A stretch of DNA of 32,000 bases from a virus, in the IMG/VR virus record IMGVR_UViG_3300035670_013237, positions 90,001-122,000 of that record. One strand, given 5' to 3'. The position numbers were made by a program, and so were the translations under genes. The notes beneath the pieces are model-generated. The model saw only the letters and a program-made list of their open reading frames with translations, made no database searches and was not told the origin of the DNA. Below are positions 1-8,427 of the stretch, in pieces. Numbering within the stretch: position 1 is the first letter of the stretch; each line of letters starts with the position of its first letter.

Positions 1-64
1 TGCCTGAGACAATCATATCACCGGGCTGGAGCAGGTCCGCTAAAACGTAATCGCTGAGTTGCAT
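1..64 (-). CDS. small SH3-like GD-motif family protein, 5' part only (continues past left edge)
   Basis: ATG at 64 on the minus strand reads MQLSDYVLADLLQPGDMIVSG...; carries the family LxPGDxV motif; truncated, so absent from the ORF track. Confidence 0.5.
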   Translation of the reverse strand, partial: MQLSDYVLADLLQPGDMIVSG

Positions 65-90
65 TTGGGATGTACTGTGCTTCCTGTATG

Positions 91-297
91 TCATTCTGTG
101 ATGATGTCGAGCTCAGAGTTTGTTGGATACAGGCTCGTGTGTAATTTTAGTGTGCGACAATTAAGCCAGAAGAGCCTGACTGCGCCACTGGGCAAGTCAC
201 GCTTTACCACTCCAATTAAAAAGTGAAAAATGCCTGACTGCTCTTGGAGCCAGATATCTCCAATCTTTAGTTCACTGACTGGTACTCGGACTTTCAC
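91..297 (-). CDS. small SH3-like GD-motif family protein
   Basis: 68-aa ORF with GTG start; LKIGDIW motif; packed between neighbouring minus-strand ORFs. Confidence 0.55.
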   Translation of the reverse strand: MKVRVPVSELKIGDIWLQEQSGIFHFLIGVVKRDLPSGAVRLFWLNCRTLKLHTSLYPTNSELDIITE

Positions 298-314
298 ATT
301 GTTGTTCCACTAAT

Positions 315-590
315 TCAATGCAACCTTCCACTCGAGTGTATAGTGCGCTCGCCGAATTGTGCAACGTGATCGATGTGTAATGTGTGCACCTGTCCGCCCG
401 CTAGCGCTGTGACGATGGACACATCACCCCAAATGCTCGATGGCTTCTTCTCAAGGACCAACATGTCCTTGAAGTCAAGTCCCCACGCCCACAGCAAGTA
501 CTCTGGAACTCCACTTGAGGTCTCTTCGTAGGGTTCCAGGTCAGGTATCGAGACCCAAGTTCCCGGTGTCAGGCTGTCTATCGTCATCAT
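315..590 (-). CDS. hypothetical small protein (start trimmed to MMTIDSLTPG...)
   Basis: The track ORF 315..731 overlaps the methyltransferase by about 190 nt. The internal ATG at 590/587 is preceded by AAGGGTGAA. It still overlaps the MTase 3' end by about 50 nt. Confidence 0.45.
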   Translation of the reverse strand: MMTIDSLTPGTWVSIPDLEPYEETSSGVPEYLLWAWGLDFKDMLVLEKKPSSIWGDVSIVTALAGGQVHTLHIDHVAQFGERTIHSSGRLH

Positions 591-1680
591 GCGTTGATTC
601 ACCCTTCTTATCATCAAAGTACACTGTAGAGCTGCAACTTTGCACGCTCGCTGCCTCTGCTTCTGCAAGCTCAAGGCACTTCCAAAAGAGACCTGCCACC
701 ATGCTGCGGCTGTATATCTTCTGAGTGGCACCCATGTAATTGCTCAAAAAGAGCCCGTGGTATTGTTGTCGAAATTTCTGCATTTTTTCGTTGAATAGCT
801 CGACTACCCTTTCCTGCAGAGGAGGGGGCAGGTCCACGTCTAATACCATCTGGTACGTGGTGAAAGTCGTGTCACGGCACACGATGGGGTCCCCCTTGTT
901 GATCGACAGGCCCTGCGGGGCACGCCCCGCGTCCAGGAGTCCCACGACAATGTTCGTCAAGAAGCCGCTCTCCTTGCCCGTCCACTTGCCGATGGGCCGC
1001 TCAGGACCCTTGATGAAATCGAAGAAGTCCTTGCCGTGGAGCCAGTCGTACTTTCGCTCGAGGTGGAGCTCAACGTAGCGAACATCAGAGCTCGAATAGT
1101 GGATCCTGCACGGGAAGCGTCGCTCTCCTGTGTCGCTGTCACGTCTGAAGGCAAAGATGGTGATGCCTGTCGTCGTGTTAGGGAAGACCTGGTAATAATA
1201 GTAATCGCACTGGGTGATTGTGTACCGTGAGAAGAAGAGCTCCCGGGCCTTAGGGCGACTCTCGGACAAGAAGTTGGTGGGAAGGATGATGACACCCTCA
1301 TCAAGGTCGTCAGCGAAGGACGCAATATGACACTTATAGAGATCGCTTTGTCCCCACATTGCATATGCACCCTTATCCTTATTCTTATTGGACGCGAGAT
1401 ACGGTGGATTGGTGAGGAGGAACTTTCCGGTAAAAGCGGGTGGATTCAGGATCGAGTCCCTCGCGGACACTGCGGGCTGTCGGGGCTCGAGATCATATCC
1501 TTCAACACTTCGGGCGCCATACGCCACCGCGAAGTGAAGCAGATCGCAGTCACCCGCGAACGGATCGATCACATCCTTGTCACGGAGGAGGTGGGTGTAT
1601 AGTCCCAGCAGGTCTTCGGCATTCGTCGTAAAAAATTGTCCGTGCTTCTGCTCGTGCGTCTGGCGCGTGTGCTTCTTCAT
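541..1680 (-). CDS. N6-adenine DNA methyltransferase (gamma-class motif order, Eco57I/TaqI-like)
   Basis: 379 aa; GQFFTT near the N-terminus, AdoMet motif I VIDPFAGDCDLL, then catalytic motif IV LLTNPPYLA. Confidence 0.85.
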   Translation of the reverse strand: MKKHTRQTHEQKHGQFFTTNAEDLLGLYTHLLRDKDVIDPFAGDCDLLHFAVAYGARSVEGYDLEPRQPAVSARDSILNPPAFTGKFLLTNPPYLASNKNKDKGAYAMWGQSDLYKCHIASFADDLDEGVIILPTNFLSESRPKARELFFSRYTITQCDYYYYQVFPNTTTGITIFAFRRDSDTGERRFPCRIHYSSSDVRYVELHLERKYDWLHGKDFFDFIKGPERPIGKWTGKESGFLTNIVVGLLDAGRAPQGLSINKGDPIVCRDTTFTTYQMVLDVDLPPPLQERVVELFNEKMQKFRQQYHGLFLSNYMGATQKIYSRSMVAGLFWKCLELAEAEAASVQSCSSTVYFDDKKGESTHDDDRQPDTGNLGLDT

Positions 1681-1739
1681 GTTCTTTTAATAACAACTAT
1701 CTGTGGTTTGGATTCTAAATTGTGCGGAGAATGACAATA

Positions 1740-1952
1740 TCATTCCACGCTCTGGTGTATGACAAAATCTTTATTGTCATCAAGGACGCCTACATAAAGC
1801 ATTCTATTTCGGCTGGGTCCCCAAAAATGAATGAGGTCGCCTGTCTCAAGACACTCTATTCTAATAATCATACCCGTGGCCAGGTGATCCCGGGCCAGTC
1901 GACCAGAAAAATCGCTGATCAGATAGACGCTGATGAGATCACCTACTTTCAT
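1740..1952 (-). CDS. small SH3-like GD-motif family protein
   Basis: MKVGDLISV N-terminus; ATGA overlap with the upstream stop. Confidence 0.7.
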   Translation of the reverse strand: MKVGDLISVYLISDFSGRLARDHLATGMIIRIECLETGDLIHFWGPSRNRMLYVGVLDDNKDFVIHQSVE

Positions 1953-2161
1953 TCAATTCTTTCCATGAAGGCTTTATAAATTCCGTTTTTTACACCACAA
2001 TTCTGTGTAAGAACAACATAATAGCCCTCATCAATTCTTCCCATGTGATCAACGTGAGGTGTCTTATACGATAGGATGATGCCTAACCCGTAGTGTTTGT
2101 AAGTCGACCAGATGAATTTCACCAGATCACCCGACTTGAATACTTGCGACAGTGCATTCAT
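1949..2161 (-). CDS. small SH3-like GD-motif family protein
   Basis: FKSGDLVKF motif; 70 aa; tightly packed. Confidence 0.7.
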   Translation of the reverse strand: MNALSQVFKSGDLVKFIWSTYKHYGLGIILSYKTPHVDHMGRIDEGYYVVLTQNCGVKNGIYKAFMERIE

Positions 2162-2162
2162 T

Positions 2163-2372
2163 CTATGTCACATCCATATTATAAACCCACTTTATGAGTC
2201 CATCGATCAATACAGTCAGCACGTCCTGCCGGTACTCGTTCTGGTGAATTGATATCACTAAAACAAATTGGTTCTTACGAGTGGACCAGGACCAGGCATT
2301 GCAGGATGGATCATCATAAAATCGTGTGTAGGGTTTCGCCCGCACAACGTCGCCGGGTCGGGTGCCCATCAT
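2163..2372 (-). CDS. small SH3-like GD-motif family protein
   Basis: TRPGDVVRA motif; ATGA overlap with the upstream gene. Confidence 0.65.
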   Translation of the reverse strand: MMGTRPGDVVRAKPYTRFYDDPSCNAWSWSTRKNQFVLVISIHQNEYRQDVLTVLIDGLIKWVYNMDVT

Positions 2373-2662
2373 TTTTTAGAAGCAGGAATCGGCAGCGCAT
2401 AACTGCACAGGACCCACTTCATGCAACCCATGACCAGCACCTGGAACATGTCCAACGATGGTCGCTTTTCGTGCCTGTACCGCGCGAGGACGAGCACAGT
2501 TTCATTGCGCCATCGTTGCAAGCGACTGTTGATGTCCCAGCACTTCATCTTACGTTCAGGATCGTCAAAGAAATCCGCGTACCCCACGATCTCGGCCATG
2601 TCACCTGGATTTATTTCTATCCTTGCGTAGTTTCTTGGATGGTAACTCATGCAACCCTTCAT
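2369..2662 (-). CDS. small SH3-like GD-motif family protein
   Basis: INPGDMAEI motif; ATGA overlap; its C-terminal part resembles ORF 2163..2372 (...VL..G..KWV). Confidence 0.65.
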   Translation of the reverse strand: MKGCMSYHPRNYARIEINPGDMAEIVGYADFFDDPERKMKCWDINSRLQRWRNETVLVLARYRHEKRPSLDMFQVLVMGCMKWVLCSYALPIPASKK

Positions 2663-2907
2663 TTTTCCTGTTGAATGCTCAACATGACTTCATACGTACC
2701 TGTGAGGAACATTATCGTGGGAGTTGATGTGCTTCCATCCATCCATAAGACTCGAAATAATTGAGATTCATGTTCCCTTTCCTCGGGGGGAACGTGACCC
2801 ACGATCAGTCCTCCCAACATTCTTTGTCGAAGTGTGCCAGGTCGCGCCGATTGGTTGCGCCATAGAACTGGCACTTCCTTCAGGAATATCATATCACCGA
2901 GCTTCAT
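2659..2907 (-). CDS. small SH3-like GD-motif family protein
   Basis: MKLGDMIFL N-terminus; overlaps the upstream gene end by 14 nt. Confidence 0.65.
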   Translation of the reverse strand: MKLGDMIFLKEVPVLWRNQSARPGTLRQRMLGGLIVGHVPPEEREHESQLFRVLWMDGSTSTPTIMFLTGTYEVMLSIQQEK

Positions 2908-3100
2908 TCACATTCTCCAAAGCGTATGTTGCGACATAATGAACACAACCATCGAACGTGAGAAGTTTTGTAACTGTGTATGGATCGCTCTCGGCGTCAG
3001 GAGGAAGACAGAGGAAAAATGTGTCATCAAATGTCCAATGACTCTTGTATTCCTGACGCATCTGTAAGAGAGAACCGGTTTTATATGACTTCAAGGGCAT
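2894..3100 (-). CDS. hypothetical small protein (possible divergent family member, YKTGSLLQM)
   Basis: 68-aa ORF with ATG start; fills the gap in the minus-strand array. Confidence 0.5.
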   Translation of the reverse strand: MPLKSYKTGSLLQMRQEYKSHWTFDDTFFLCLPPDAESDPYTVTKLLTFDGCVHYVATYALENVNEAR

Positions 3101-3245
3101 ATGTCCCCAAATTAATTATCCCAACCTGGGATATGACCTGAACACAACCAACTCCAGGAAAACCCACTATAAGAAACACGGAGTTTGGATTGAAAGTGGT
3201 ACCATGATATGCAATTTTGAACTTCATCAGGTCTCCAACTTTCAT
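3081..3245 (-). CDS. small SH3-like GD-motif family protein (54 aa, below the ORF-track cutoff)
   Basis: Hand translation: MKVGDLMKFKIAYHGTTFNPNSVFLIVGFPGVGCVQVISQVGIINLGTYALEVI*; promoter-like boxes at 3270-3298 lie just upstream. Confidence 0.55.
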   Translation of the reverse strand: MKVGDLMKFKIAYHGTTFNPNSVFLIVGFPGVGCVQVISQVGIINLGTYALEVI

Positions 3246-3269
3246 CGCATTGTCTCATCTGTTAGGATT

Positions 3270-3298
3270 AGAATAACCTAATTTTGATTAGGTTTACA
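3270..3298 (-). promoter_or_regulatory. two-box promoter-like element (minus strand)
   Basis: TGTAAA (3298-3293) - 17 nt - TATTCT (3275-3270), within GTGTAAACC; overlaps the 3' end of ORF 3278..3544; upstream of ORF 3081..3245. Confidence 0.45.
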
Positions 3299-3544
3299 CT
3301 GGAAGATGTAGAAATTATCGACTCCTTCATACGAATATTTTCCTACGCGATATCCTAGTTTGGTGACTGCGCCAATCCAACCCAGGTGACTCCATTTCAC
3401 CTCAATACGTGCCTCGTGTGTGTAACCTCCAGCACAAATCCAGACGCCATCTTTCTCTGGATGGCGATAACCCCTGTTTGGCCCGGACTTGATTGAGGTC
3501 CGTGAACTAATCTTACCGTGCTTGTCCCTCCCGAGGTCTTCCAT
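3278..3544 (-). CDS. hypothetical protein
   Basis: 88-aa ORF, ATG start, 2-nt gap to the upstream stop. Confidence 0.6.
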   Translation of the reverse strand: MEDLGRDKHGKISSRTSIKSGPNRGYRHPEKDGVWICAGGYTHEARIEVKWSHLGWIGAVTKLGYRVGKYSYEGVDNFYIFQCKPNQN

Positions 3545-3546
3545 CG

Positions 3547-3768
3547 TTACAACTTGACCCCGAGCATCGCCTCAACTTTGAGACGCACTTCTGAGAATCG
3601 AGTAAGAATGTATTGCGCTTTCGCCAGGTCCAAGTTCGGAACGTTAGGAAGATCACCGTCGTCGAGCATCATTCTCCACGCACTTTGACACTCCATAAGC
3701 ACAAAAAGGATTACACGTAAATCATCATGGGTCATCAATTGCACTTTCAATTGCACTTCTTCGTTCAT
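3547..3768 (-). CDS. hypothetical protein
   Basis: 73-aa ORF, ATG start, codirectional packing. Confidence 0.6.
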   Translation of the reverse strand: MNEEVQLKVQLMTHDDLRVILFVLMECQSAWRMMLDDGDLPNVPNLDLAKAQYILTRFSEVRLKVEAMLGVKL

Positions 3769-3793
3769 TTCACATTACCTCCGATACCGTTCT

Positions 3794-3991
3794 TCAATCA
3801 TAATCGCTGTGACAATAAATCAACCAGGTGTCTGAGTCATTATAGACACCACCATGTTTACTACGAGGAGGTACAAAAAAGAAACGTGGAAAATCTACTG
3901 CAATAGACCATTTCATAAATCCCTCGAGAGAATCCACCTCAATCTCACTCGGGAGAAATTCACCGTCTCTGTCACGTATTAAAAACTTCAT
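3794..3991 (-). CDS. hypothetical protein
   Basis: 65-aa ORF, ATG start. Confidence 0.55.
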   Translation of the reverse strand: MKFLIRDRDGEFLPSEIEVDSLEGFMKWSIAVDFPRFFFVPPRSKHGGVYNDSDTWLIYCHSDYD

Positions 3992-4012
3992 GTTCGCTTC
4001 CCATCCTTTCCA

Positions 4013-4291
4013 TTAGGAGAATGGATGATTCTCCTCAAGTGATTTCCAACCCCACCCAGTGTAGACACCGTTGGTGACGAACTGATAATTTATGACTCTG
4101 GACACTGGAACATGGTGTCTGTATACCCTTCCAAGGAGGGAAGAGTGCACCAAGAAAATCTTCAAGATCCCATCTTTAGGGATTCCAGGTTCTTCACCAA
4201 CGATTGTGTAAATAGTGTTTTGATGTAGGCACGCAATGACGTCACCAACCTGCAATTCACACTCTAACGCTTCGGACCCAATCGATCGCAT
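4013..4291 (-). CDS. small SH3-like GD-motif family protein
   Basis: LQVGDVIAC motif; 92 aa. Confidence 0.65.
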   Translation of the reverse strand: MRSIGSEALECELQVGDVIACLHQNTIYTIVGEEPGIPKDGILKIFLVHSSLLGRVYRHHVPVSRVINYQFVTNGVYTGWGWKSLEENHPFS

Positions 4292-4292
4292 C

Positions 4293-4472
4293 TCAGTACC
4301 CTACGAGGTGCCTATCGCTCTTGAATTCTGTGAGAATCTCCCACATGAGACCCGGGAGTGAACTACGGATGTGAAGGTAACACCCGCCATAAGAGGCACA
4401 CCAACACGAACCAGGAGATACAACACCTGGTTTCTCCTTCCATATGCGAAACGTCCTCAAGATTCTCCACAT
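4293..4472 (-). CDS. hypothetical 59-aa protein, possibly translated from a leaderless mRNA
   Basis: Hand translation: MWRILRTFRIWKEKPGVVSPG...HLVGY*; the ATG lies exactly 6 nt after a TATGAT box of a TGTAAA-N17-TATGAT element; the stop abuts the next start. Confidence 0.4.
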   Translation of the reverse strand: MWRILRTFRIWKEKPGVVSPGSCWCASYGGCYLHIRSSLPGLMWEILTEFKSDRHLVGY

Positions 4473-4478
4473 GAAACG

Positions 4479-4507
4479 ATCATATCATGGATTGAGTAAG
4501 ATTTACA
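4479..4507 (-). promoter_or_regulatory. two-box promoter-like element (minus strand)
   Basis: TGTAAA (4507-4502) - 17 nt - TATGAT (4484-4479), with TGA just upstream of the -10; the TAA stop of ORF 4503..4673 lies inside GTGTAAA; the ATG of the next ORF is 6 nt downstream. Confidence 0.5.
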
Positions 4508-4673
4508 CCGGTGTGAGATAATGATTCGTGATGAGCTTGATTTCCTCGCGGATGAAAATCCAATAAAAACGAGAATCAACCGCGACCCCGAGTTTCTCCC
4601 CAATCAATAGTCCCAAGGTGGGAGGAATCATCCGTTGTGGATTACTATAAACCACGAGGTCTCCAGGTTTCAC
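4503..4673 (-). CDS. small SH3-like GD-motif family protein (56 aa, GTG start)
   Basis: Hand translation: (V)KPGDLVVYSNPQRMIPPTLGLLIGEKLGVAVDSRFYWIFIREEIKLITNHYLTPV*; GTGA overlap with the stop of 4670..4987. Confidence 0.55.
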   Translation of the reverse strand: MKPGDLVVYSNPQRMIPPTLGLLIGEKLGVAVDSRFYWIFIREEIKLITNHYLTPV

Positions 4674-4987
4674 GACGATTCGATTTCAGGCAATGAAATG
4701 TCTTTAATCGCTTCGGCACAGTCATCAGCAAGGGTTGGAGCGTAGTACGATTCCGAGTAACCAATTCCTAAGCACGCTTTCATTGAGGCAGCGCGCATGA
4801 GTTCCGCACCTTCCCGGCGGGCGGAGGTGACTGAAGCAAGGGCTTCGTCTCGTTGGCGCTTCATGTCACCCAATGCCTCTGCAAAAATCTTGTAAAGAGG
4901 TAGGGGTAATTCATTCAACTTATTTAGCGCGCGCTCATATGGGCTAAGTTTGACGGTCGGAGACACCATTTTTCTTTCTTTGTTCAT
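4670..4987 (-). CDS. hypothetical protein
   Basis: 105-aa ORF, ATG start. Confidence 0.65.
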   Translation of the reverse strand: MNKERKMVSPTVKLSPYERALNKLNELPLPLYKIFAEALGDMKRQRDEALASVTSARREGAELMRAASMKACLGIGYSESYYAPTLADDCAEAIKDISLPEIESS

Positions 4988-4991
4988 AATG

Positions 4992-5204
4992 TCAATCCTC
5001 AGCCTCTGGTAACCTCAAGGCGGCTTTGCACATGTCATAAATGCTCGGTTCATCGTCCCAACCCTCAAAGGCATGTGACCTTAGCGCATCGGCTTCTAGG
5101 ATGATGCGAATCACCTCTCTCATTTCTTCGACCTTTTGTCGAAGTTCTGAACAATGATAGTAACCCGACTCTCCGCAATGACATCTAGGTTCTGTTTTAT
5201 TCAC
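4992..5204 (-). CDS. hypothetical protein
   Basis: 70 aa; GTG start preceded by AAGGAGG. Confidence 0.6.
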   Translation of the reverse strand: MNKTEPRCHCGESGYYHCSELRQKVEEMREVIRIILEADALRSHAFEGWDDEPSIYDMCKAALRLPEAED

Positions 5205-5223
5205 AATTCCTCCTTCTCAGTCA

Positions 5224-5490
5224 TTATAAGGTTCCAAGCGCTTCACCGACACGGCATGCAAGGCACCGTTCACAATCGTCGTCGTGCGACTCGGGGTCAT
5301 GGTCACAATCACAATTGCAACCGTTCTCACCTAGAATCTCTCCTATGGATTCCAGTTTAACTTTCAAGTTTCCGATGCAAATCAATTTATCTGGATGAAA
5401 GAAATTACCTTTGAATTCTATGAACTCAGAATCCTCGGGAATGTTACACTTACAACTGGAACAACGCTTGGGTACATTTTTCTTCTTCAA
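5224..5490 (-). CDS. Cys-rich small protein (putative metal-binding)
   Basis: 88 aa; TTG start 9 nt after GAGGAG; CSSCKC ... CNCDCDHD ... CERCLAC cysteine clusters. Confidence 0.6.
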   Translation of the reverse strand: MKKKNVPKRCSSCKCNIPEDSEFIEFKGNFFHPDKLICIGNLKVKLESIGEILGENGCNCDCDHDPESHDDDCERCLACRVGEALGTL

Positions 5491-5493
5491 TTT

Positions 5494-5721
5494 TTAGTTC
5501 TCCTCAACGTTCTTCAGACCAGCGATTTTTGTTGAAAATTCCTGAAGTTGTTCCTCAGAATCGAAATGAAATCTAACGTTGTTGGAATTTTGGTTGAGGT
5601 CGATTGTGCAATTCCACATGTGAAACCACAATCCTCCCATGTCACTTTCGTTGATTTCAACACCGATATTTCCAACAAGGAACTTTCTGTAATAAGGTCC
5701 GTGAGAATTTCTGTTCTTCAT
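5494..5721 (-). CDS. hypothetical protein
   Basis: ATG at 5721 preceded by GGAGGTG; the track start at 5724 is a GTG one codon upstream. Confidence 0.6.
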   Translation of the reverse strand: MKNRNSHGPYYRKFLVGNIGVEINESDMGGLWFHMWNCTIDLNQNSNNVRFHFDSEEQLQEFSTKIAGLKNVEEN

Positions 5722-5884
5722 CACGCTTCACCTCCATCGATTTCGATCATTCGAACCTTAAACCATCTTCCGTTGCTACGATATCTCCAGAAATCGATCG
5801 CTTCAGGTGCACTAATGGTAACCCTGAGTTCCCTTGTCTGGGTGGTCAAGAGGTGGGTCAAGATGTACGTTATATTTCATAGTT

Positions 5885-6151
5885 TTACTTCACTTCTTTA
5901 CAGGAATTCATGACGTTCGAGACCTGTAGGGGAATGTAAGGTGCGAAGATATACCCACGCTCGGGGGAGTCGAAATATTCTATATTTTGATTCCATAAAA
6001 CCTTTGACGTATTTTTATCGATTATTTCTATGATGATTCCTGTGGTACCGGTGAAATAATCATGGACCATGTCACCCACACCGTGGGTGTCCAACTGTTT
6101 CTTGTCGGATCCCACTAGAGAACCGTTGGAATGAATGTGAATCCTACCCAC
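5885..6151 (-). CDS. small SH3-like GD-motif family protein
   Basis: GTG start preceded by GGGAGGAAGC; internal GVGDMVHD motif. Confidence 0.6.
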   Translation of the reverse strand: MGRIHIHSNGSLVGSDKKQLDTHGVGDMVHDYFTGTTGIIIEIIDKNTSKVLWNQNIEYFDSPERGYIFAPYIPLQVSNVMNSCKEVK

Positions 6152-6452
6152 GCTTCCTCCCGCGCCTTGGACTTGAATCCTTCAGCGATTTCAAAACTTT
6201 GAACAATTTGTAATAGTGTGGATGTGCATCGGTCACGCTTTTGACCCATCCGGTGATTTGTGACGTCATGACACGTATCCAAATCCAGTCTCCGTCGACG
6301 CTGCGCTGGACGTCGAGGATGAGGACCAAATCTCTAGGGGAAATTTCGCCCACATAGCCACCCTCGACAGAGTCGACCGGTGCCATTTGGATCAAACTGC
6401 GATATGCGCGAATGTACTCGCAGAGTTCTCCTTGTTTTACGACGTAATTCAT
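6144..6452 (-). CDS. SH3-like small protein
   Basis: 102 aa; VKQGELCEY N-terminal variant plus ITGWVKSV (the GW[IV] signature typical of bacterial SH3 domains); ATGA overlap. Confidence 0.65.
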   Translation of the reverse strand: MNYVVKQGELCEYIRAYRSLIQMAPVDSVEGGYVGEISPRDLVLILDVQRSVDGDWIWIRVMTSQITGWVKSVTDAHPHYYKLFKVLKSLKDSSPRRGRKRG

Positions 6453-6649
6453 GTTTCAACCTTCTCGGTTATGTTCTGCGAGCCATGTATTCGGAAGTAC
6501 ATGATACCATGCTTGGTGAGTGTTTTACAATGATCCTCAACCGGATCATGATCTTCAATAACCTCAAGGATCAATCCAAGGACCCAGTTGATATTCTTGG
6601 TGAACGGATTTATTCCCCTGCGAAATGCGACGAGATCACCCGGTTTCAC
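6449..6649 (-). CDS. small SH3-like GD-motif family protein (GTG start)
   Basis: The track ORF 6449..6745 overlaps its neighbour by 100 nt. The GTG at 6649 gives (V)KPGDLVAF... and a GTGA overlap with the stop of 6646..6924. Confidence 0.6.
   Translation of the reverse strand: MKPGDLVAFRRGINPFTKNINWVLGLILEVIEDHDPVEDHCKTLTKHGIMYFRIHGSQNITEKVET
6501..6529 (-). promoter_or_regulatory. two-box promoter-like element (minus strand, intragenic)
   Basis: TGTAAA (6529-6524) - 17 nt ending CATGG - TATCAT (6506-6501); lies inside ORF 6449..6649, upstream of ORF 6144..6452. Confidence 0.4.
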
Positions 6650-6924
6650 TTGAGCACCTCGACCTTTTCTAGGTGGATTAGGCCGGTCTGGAAACGAGGA
6701 TTTAAAACGAGAAGATGGTTTCTCTTGGCACCCAAGACAAGACACAGGTCGGTGTTATTGAAATCCGCATGAGGTGCACCATTTAGAAGCCTGAGGTCCT
6801 TGGGATCTCGAAGGTAATATCCATACTCTTTTTGAGGTGGAACTGAGCGCCAATCATAGAAAGCGTCGGTCCCCCTCCTCAAGACGACAAAGTCGCCAAT
6901 GTTAACAGGATCGCCAGGTTTCAT
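6646..6924 (-). CDS. small SH3-like GD-motif family protein
   Basis: MKPGDPVNIGDFVVL; ATGA overlap. Confidence 0.65.
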   Translation of the reverse strand: MKPGDPVNIGDFVVLRRGTDAFYDWRSVPPQKEYGYYLRDPKDLRLLNGAPHADFNNTDLCLVLGAKRNHLLVLNPRFQTGLIHLEKVEVLK

Positions 6925-7178
6925 TTCAGATCTCCCTCATTCAGAACTTCAATCATCCACATCTCATGAATCCAACCTATGCCCCGGTGTGTCAATAATT
7001 TAACATACACCCGGCCGGCCCAAACCCCTGTTTCAAGGTATAATCCAACATCATGAACTCCAAGCGGAATGTCAGTTGGCACGAGCACATTTCTGGTTAC
7101 GTGTGGTTCATATAAAACAAGGGTTGAAGGATGATGTCTGACTGAGTCCTTCAACATGACAAGATCACCAGGTTTCAC
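6921..7178 (-). CDS. small SH3-like GD-motif family protein
   Basis: (V)KPGDLVML with GTG start and GTGA overlap; C-terminal RGIGWIHE motif. Confidence 0.7.
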   Translation of the reverse strand: MKPGDLVMLKDSVRHHPSTLVLYEPHVTRNVLVPTDIPLGVHDVGLYLETGVWAGRVYVKLLTHRGIGWIHEMWMIEVLNEGDLK

Positions 7179-7426
7179 TTCAGGGGATATCCATATCTTC
7201 GACCATTGAATCGGATCTCGTCATCAGTCAACCATCCCCGAGGGTCTGCTTGATACCTCCACCGAACCCAGACGACGTCAATGTCAATGATCCCGCGGCA
7301 AGAACGAAGTGCCCGATCAATCATCCTTCCTTCCTCAACCGTATATCCATCGGGATTATCACACATCTTCCAAGCAATATGACGCAGAGCCTCGGCAACG
7401 ATATCTTCTCTGTTCTGAAACTTCAT
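7175..7426 (-). CDS. hypothetical protein
   Basis: 83 aa; ATGA overlap on both sides. Confidence 0.65.
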   Translation of the reverse strand: MKFQNREDIVAEALRHIAWKMCDNPDGYTVEEGRMIDRALRSCRGIIDIDVVWVRWRYQADPRGWLTDDEIRFNGRRYGYPLK

Positions 7427-7632
7427 GTGCTACCCCTCTTGAACTTATTGGTAGCCTCAACCACGAGCCATTCTTTTCCCTCAAGGATCTCGATGCCGTT
7501 TGTTGTTAGCACCCTGTATCTTTTGGGAAAGTTTATGTACAGCGGAGGAAGGGGTTTTTCGAGAAGAATTCCAAACCAAATCAATCGTCCGGAACCTTTG
7601 TATCGGGCAGTAATTAGATCACCAGTTTTCAT
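7423..7632 (-). CDS. small SH3-like GD-motif family protein
   Basis: MKTGDLITA; ATGA overlaps. Confidence 0.7.
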   Translation of the reverse strand: MKTGDLITARYKGSGRLIWFGILLEKPLPPLYINFPKRYRVLTTNGIEILEGKEWLVVEATNKFKRGST

Positions 7633-7856
7633 TGCACGACCTTGAGACTGTTAGGGAGAATCCACTCTACAGACTTTTTACGATCGGGACCATAGTATTG
7701 TATGTGTGGATACACAATCATGTTCTCTATAGGAGCATTATTCCAAAAAATCGACAATTTTGCACCGCGATTGGGATCCATTCGCTCAGTAAATTCAATG
7801 ATGATCCCGATGCTTCCATCACCCCCACTATCACAGATAAGATTGCCAACTTTCAT
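7629..7856 (-). CDS. small SH3-like GD-motif family protein
   Basis: MKVGNLICD; ATGA overlaps. Confidence 0.7.
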   Translation of the reverse strand: MKVGNLICDSGGDGSIGIIIEFTERMDPNRGAKLSIFWNNAPIENMIVYPHIQYYGPDRKKSVEWILPNSLKVVQ

Positions 7857-8095
7857 GATGTCCCCAATTTCTCACAACATACTTCGGCGACATATACGAT
7901 TACACCCTCGACTAAAACTTTCATCAAGGGTCGTTTGCAATCTCGATGAGACCAATCTACCTTGGTTTCAAGGCACAACATCGGATTTAGTGATCCCCTC
8001 TGGAATCGAGGTAAACGAACTGTCCATCCTTCTTCGTCATAAAGATCCGCATATGTATAATCAGGTTTTATGACGACCATATCACCGGGGTTCAT
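7853..8095 (-). CDS. small SH3-like GD-motif family protein
   Basis: Start trimmed to the ATG at 8095 (MNPGDMVVI), preceded by GGGAGGGTGAA; the track start at 8110 would include the RBS. Confidence 0.65.
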   Translation of the reverse strand: MNPGDMVVIKPDYTYADLYDEEGWTVRLPRFQRGSLNPMLCLETKVDWSHRDCKRPLMKVLVEGVIVYVAEVCCEKLGTS

Positions 8096-8096
8096 T

Positions 8097-8426
8097 TCAC
8101 CCTCCCACATCCTCGATCATCTCTTGTTTAATCCAACCTATTCCTTTGGAAGTAAGGATTTTGAGATAAGGAACATTTCCTTGGTACGGTTGGTTCGTAT
8201 TCTTCTTGTATAGCGTGCAAATTACATGTGTGTTATCTAATACCAACCCAACATCGCCGGGATTGAAGAGCAAATCACAAAAAAAGATATATCCATGCTC
8301 GTCTTTGAAGTCTGGATGACATAGCCTTGTAGGCTGCGGAATCTGAAGTATGGTTGTGCGTAACCATTCTTCATCATAAGAATCGGTGTAATACGACGTC
8401 AGGACGACCATGGCGCCGGGCTTCAT
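8097..8426 (-). CDS. small SH3-like GD-motif family protein
   Basis: Start trimmed to the ATG at 8426 (MKPGAMVVL), preceded by GTGGGTGAA; second FNPGDVGLV motif; SKGIGWIKQE near the C-terminus. Confidence 0.65.
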   Translation of the reverse strand: MKPGAMVVLTSYYTDSYDEEWLRTTILQIPQPTRLCHPDFKDEHGYIFFCDLLFNPGDVGLVLDNTHVICTLYKKNTNQPYQGNVPYLKILTSKGIGWIKQEMIEDVGG

Positions 8427-8427
8427 T

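Noticed and set aside
5721-5880. Possible small ORFs in the 160-nt gap between 5494..5721 and 5885..6151 (22-aa MKYNVHLDPPLDHPDKGTQGYH; a 47-aa frame needing a TTG start at 5861)
   Set aside because: The ATG-initiated ORF is only 22 aa. The longer frame needs a TTG with no recognisable RBS. Left unannotated.
7736-7764. Additional TGCAAA box on the minus strand (7764-7759), followed by ATAATG
   Set aside because: The TA box is not in register at 17 nt (AATAAT at 16, ATAATG at 17), and the site is fully intragenic. Similar near-misses occur at 7934-7939 and 8612-8617. They were not counted as copies.
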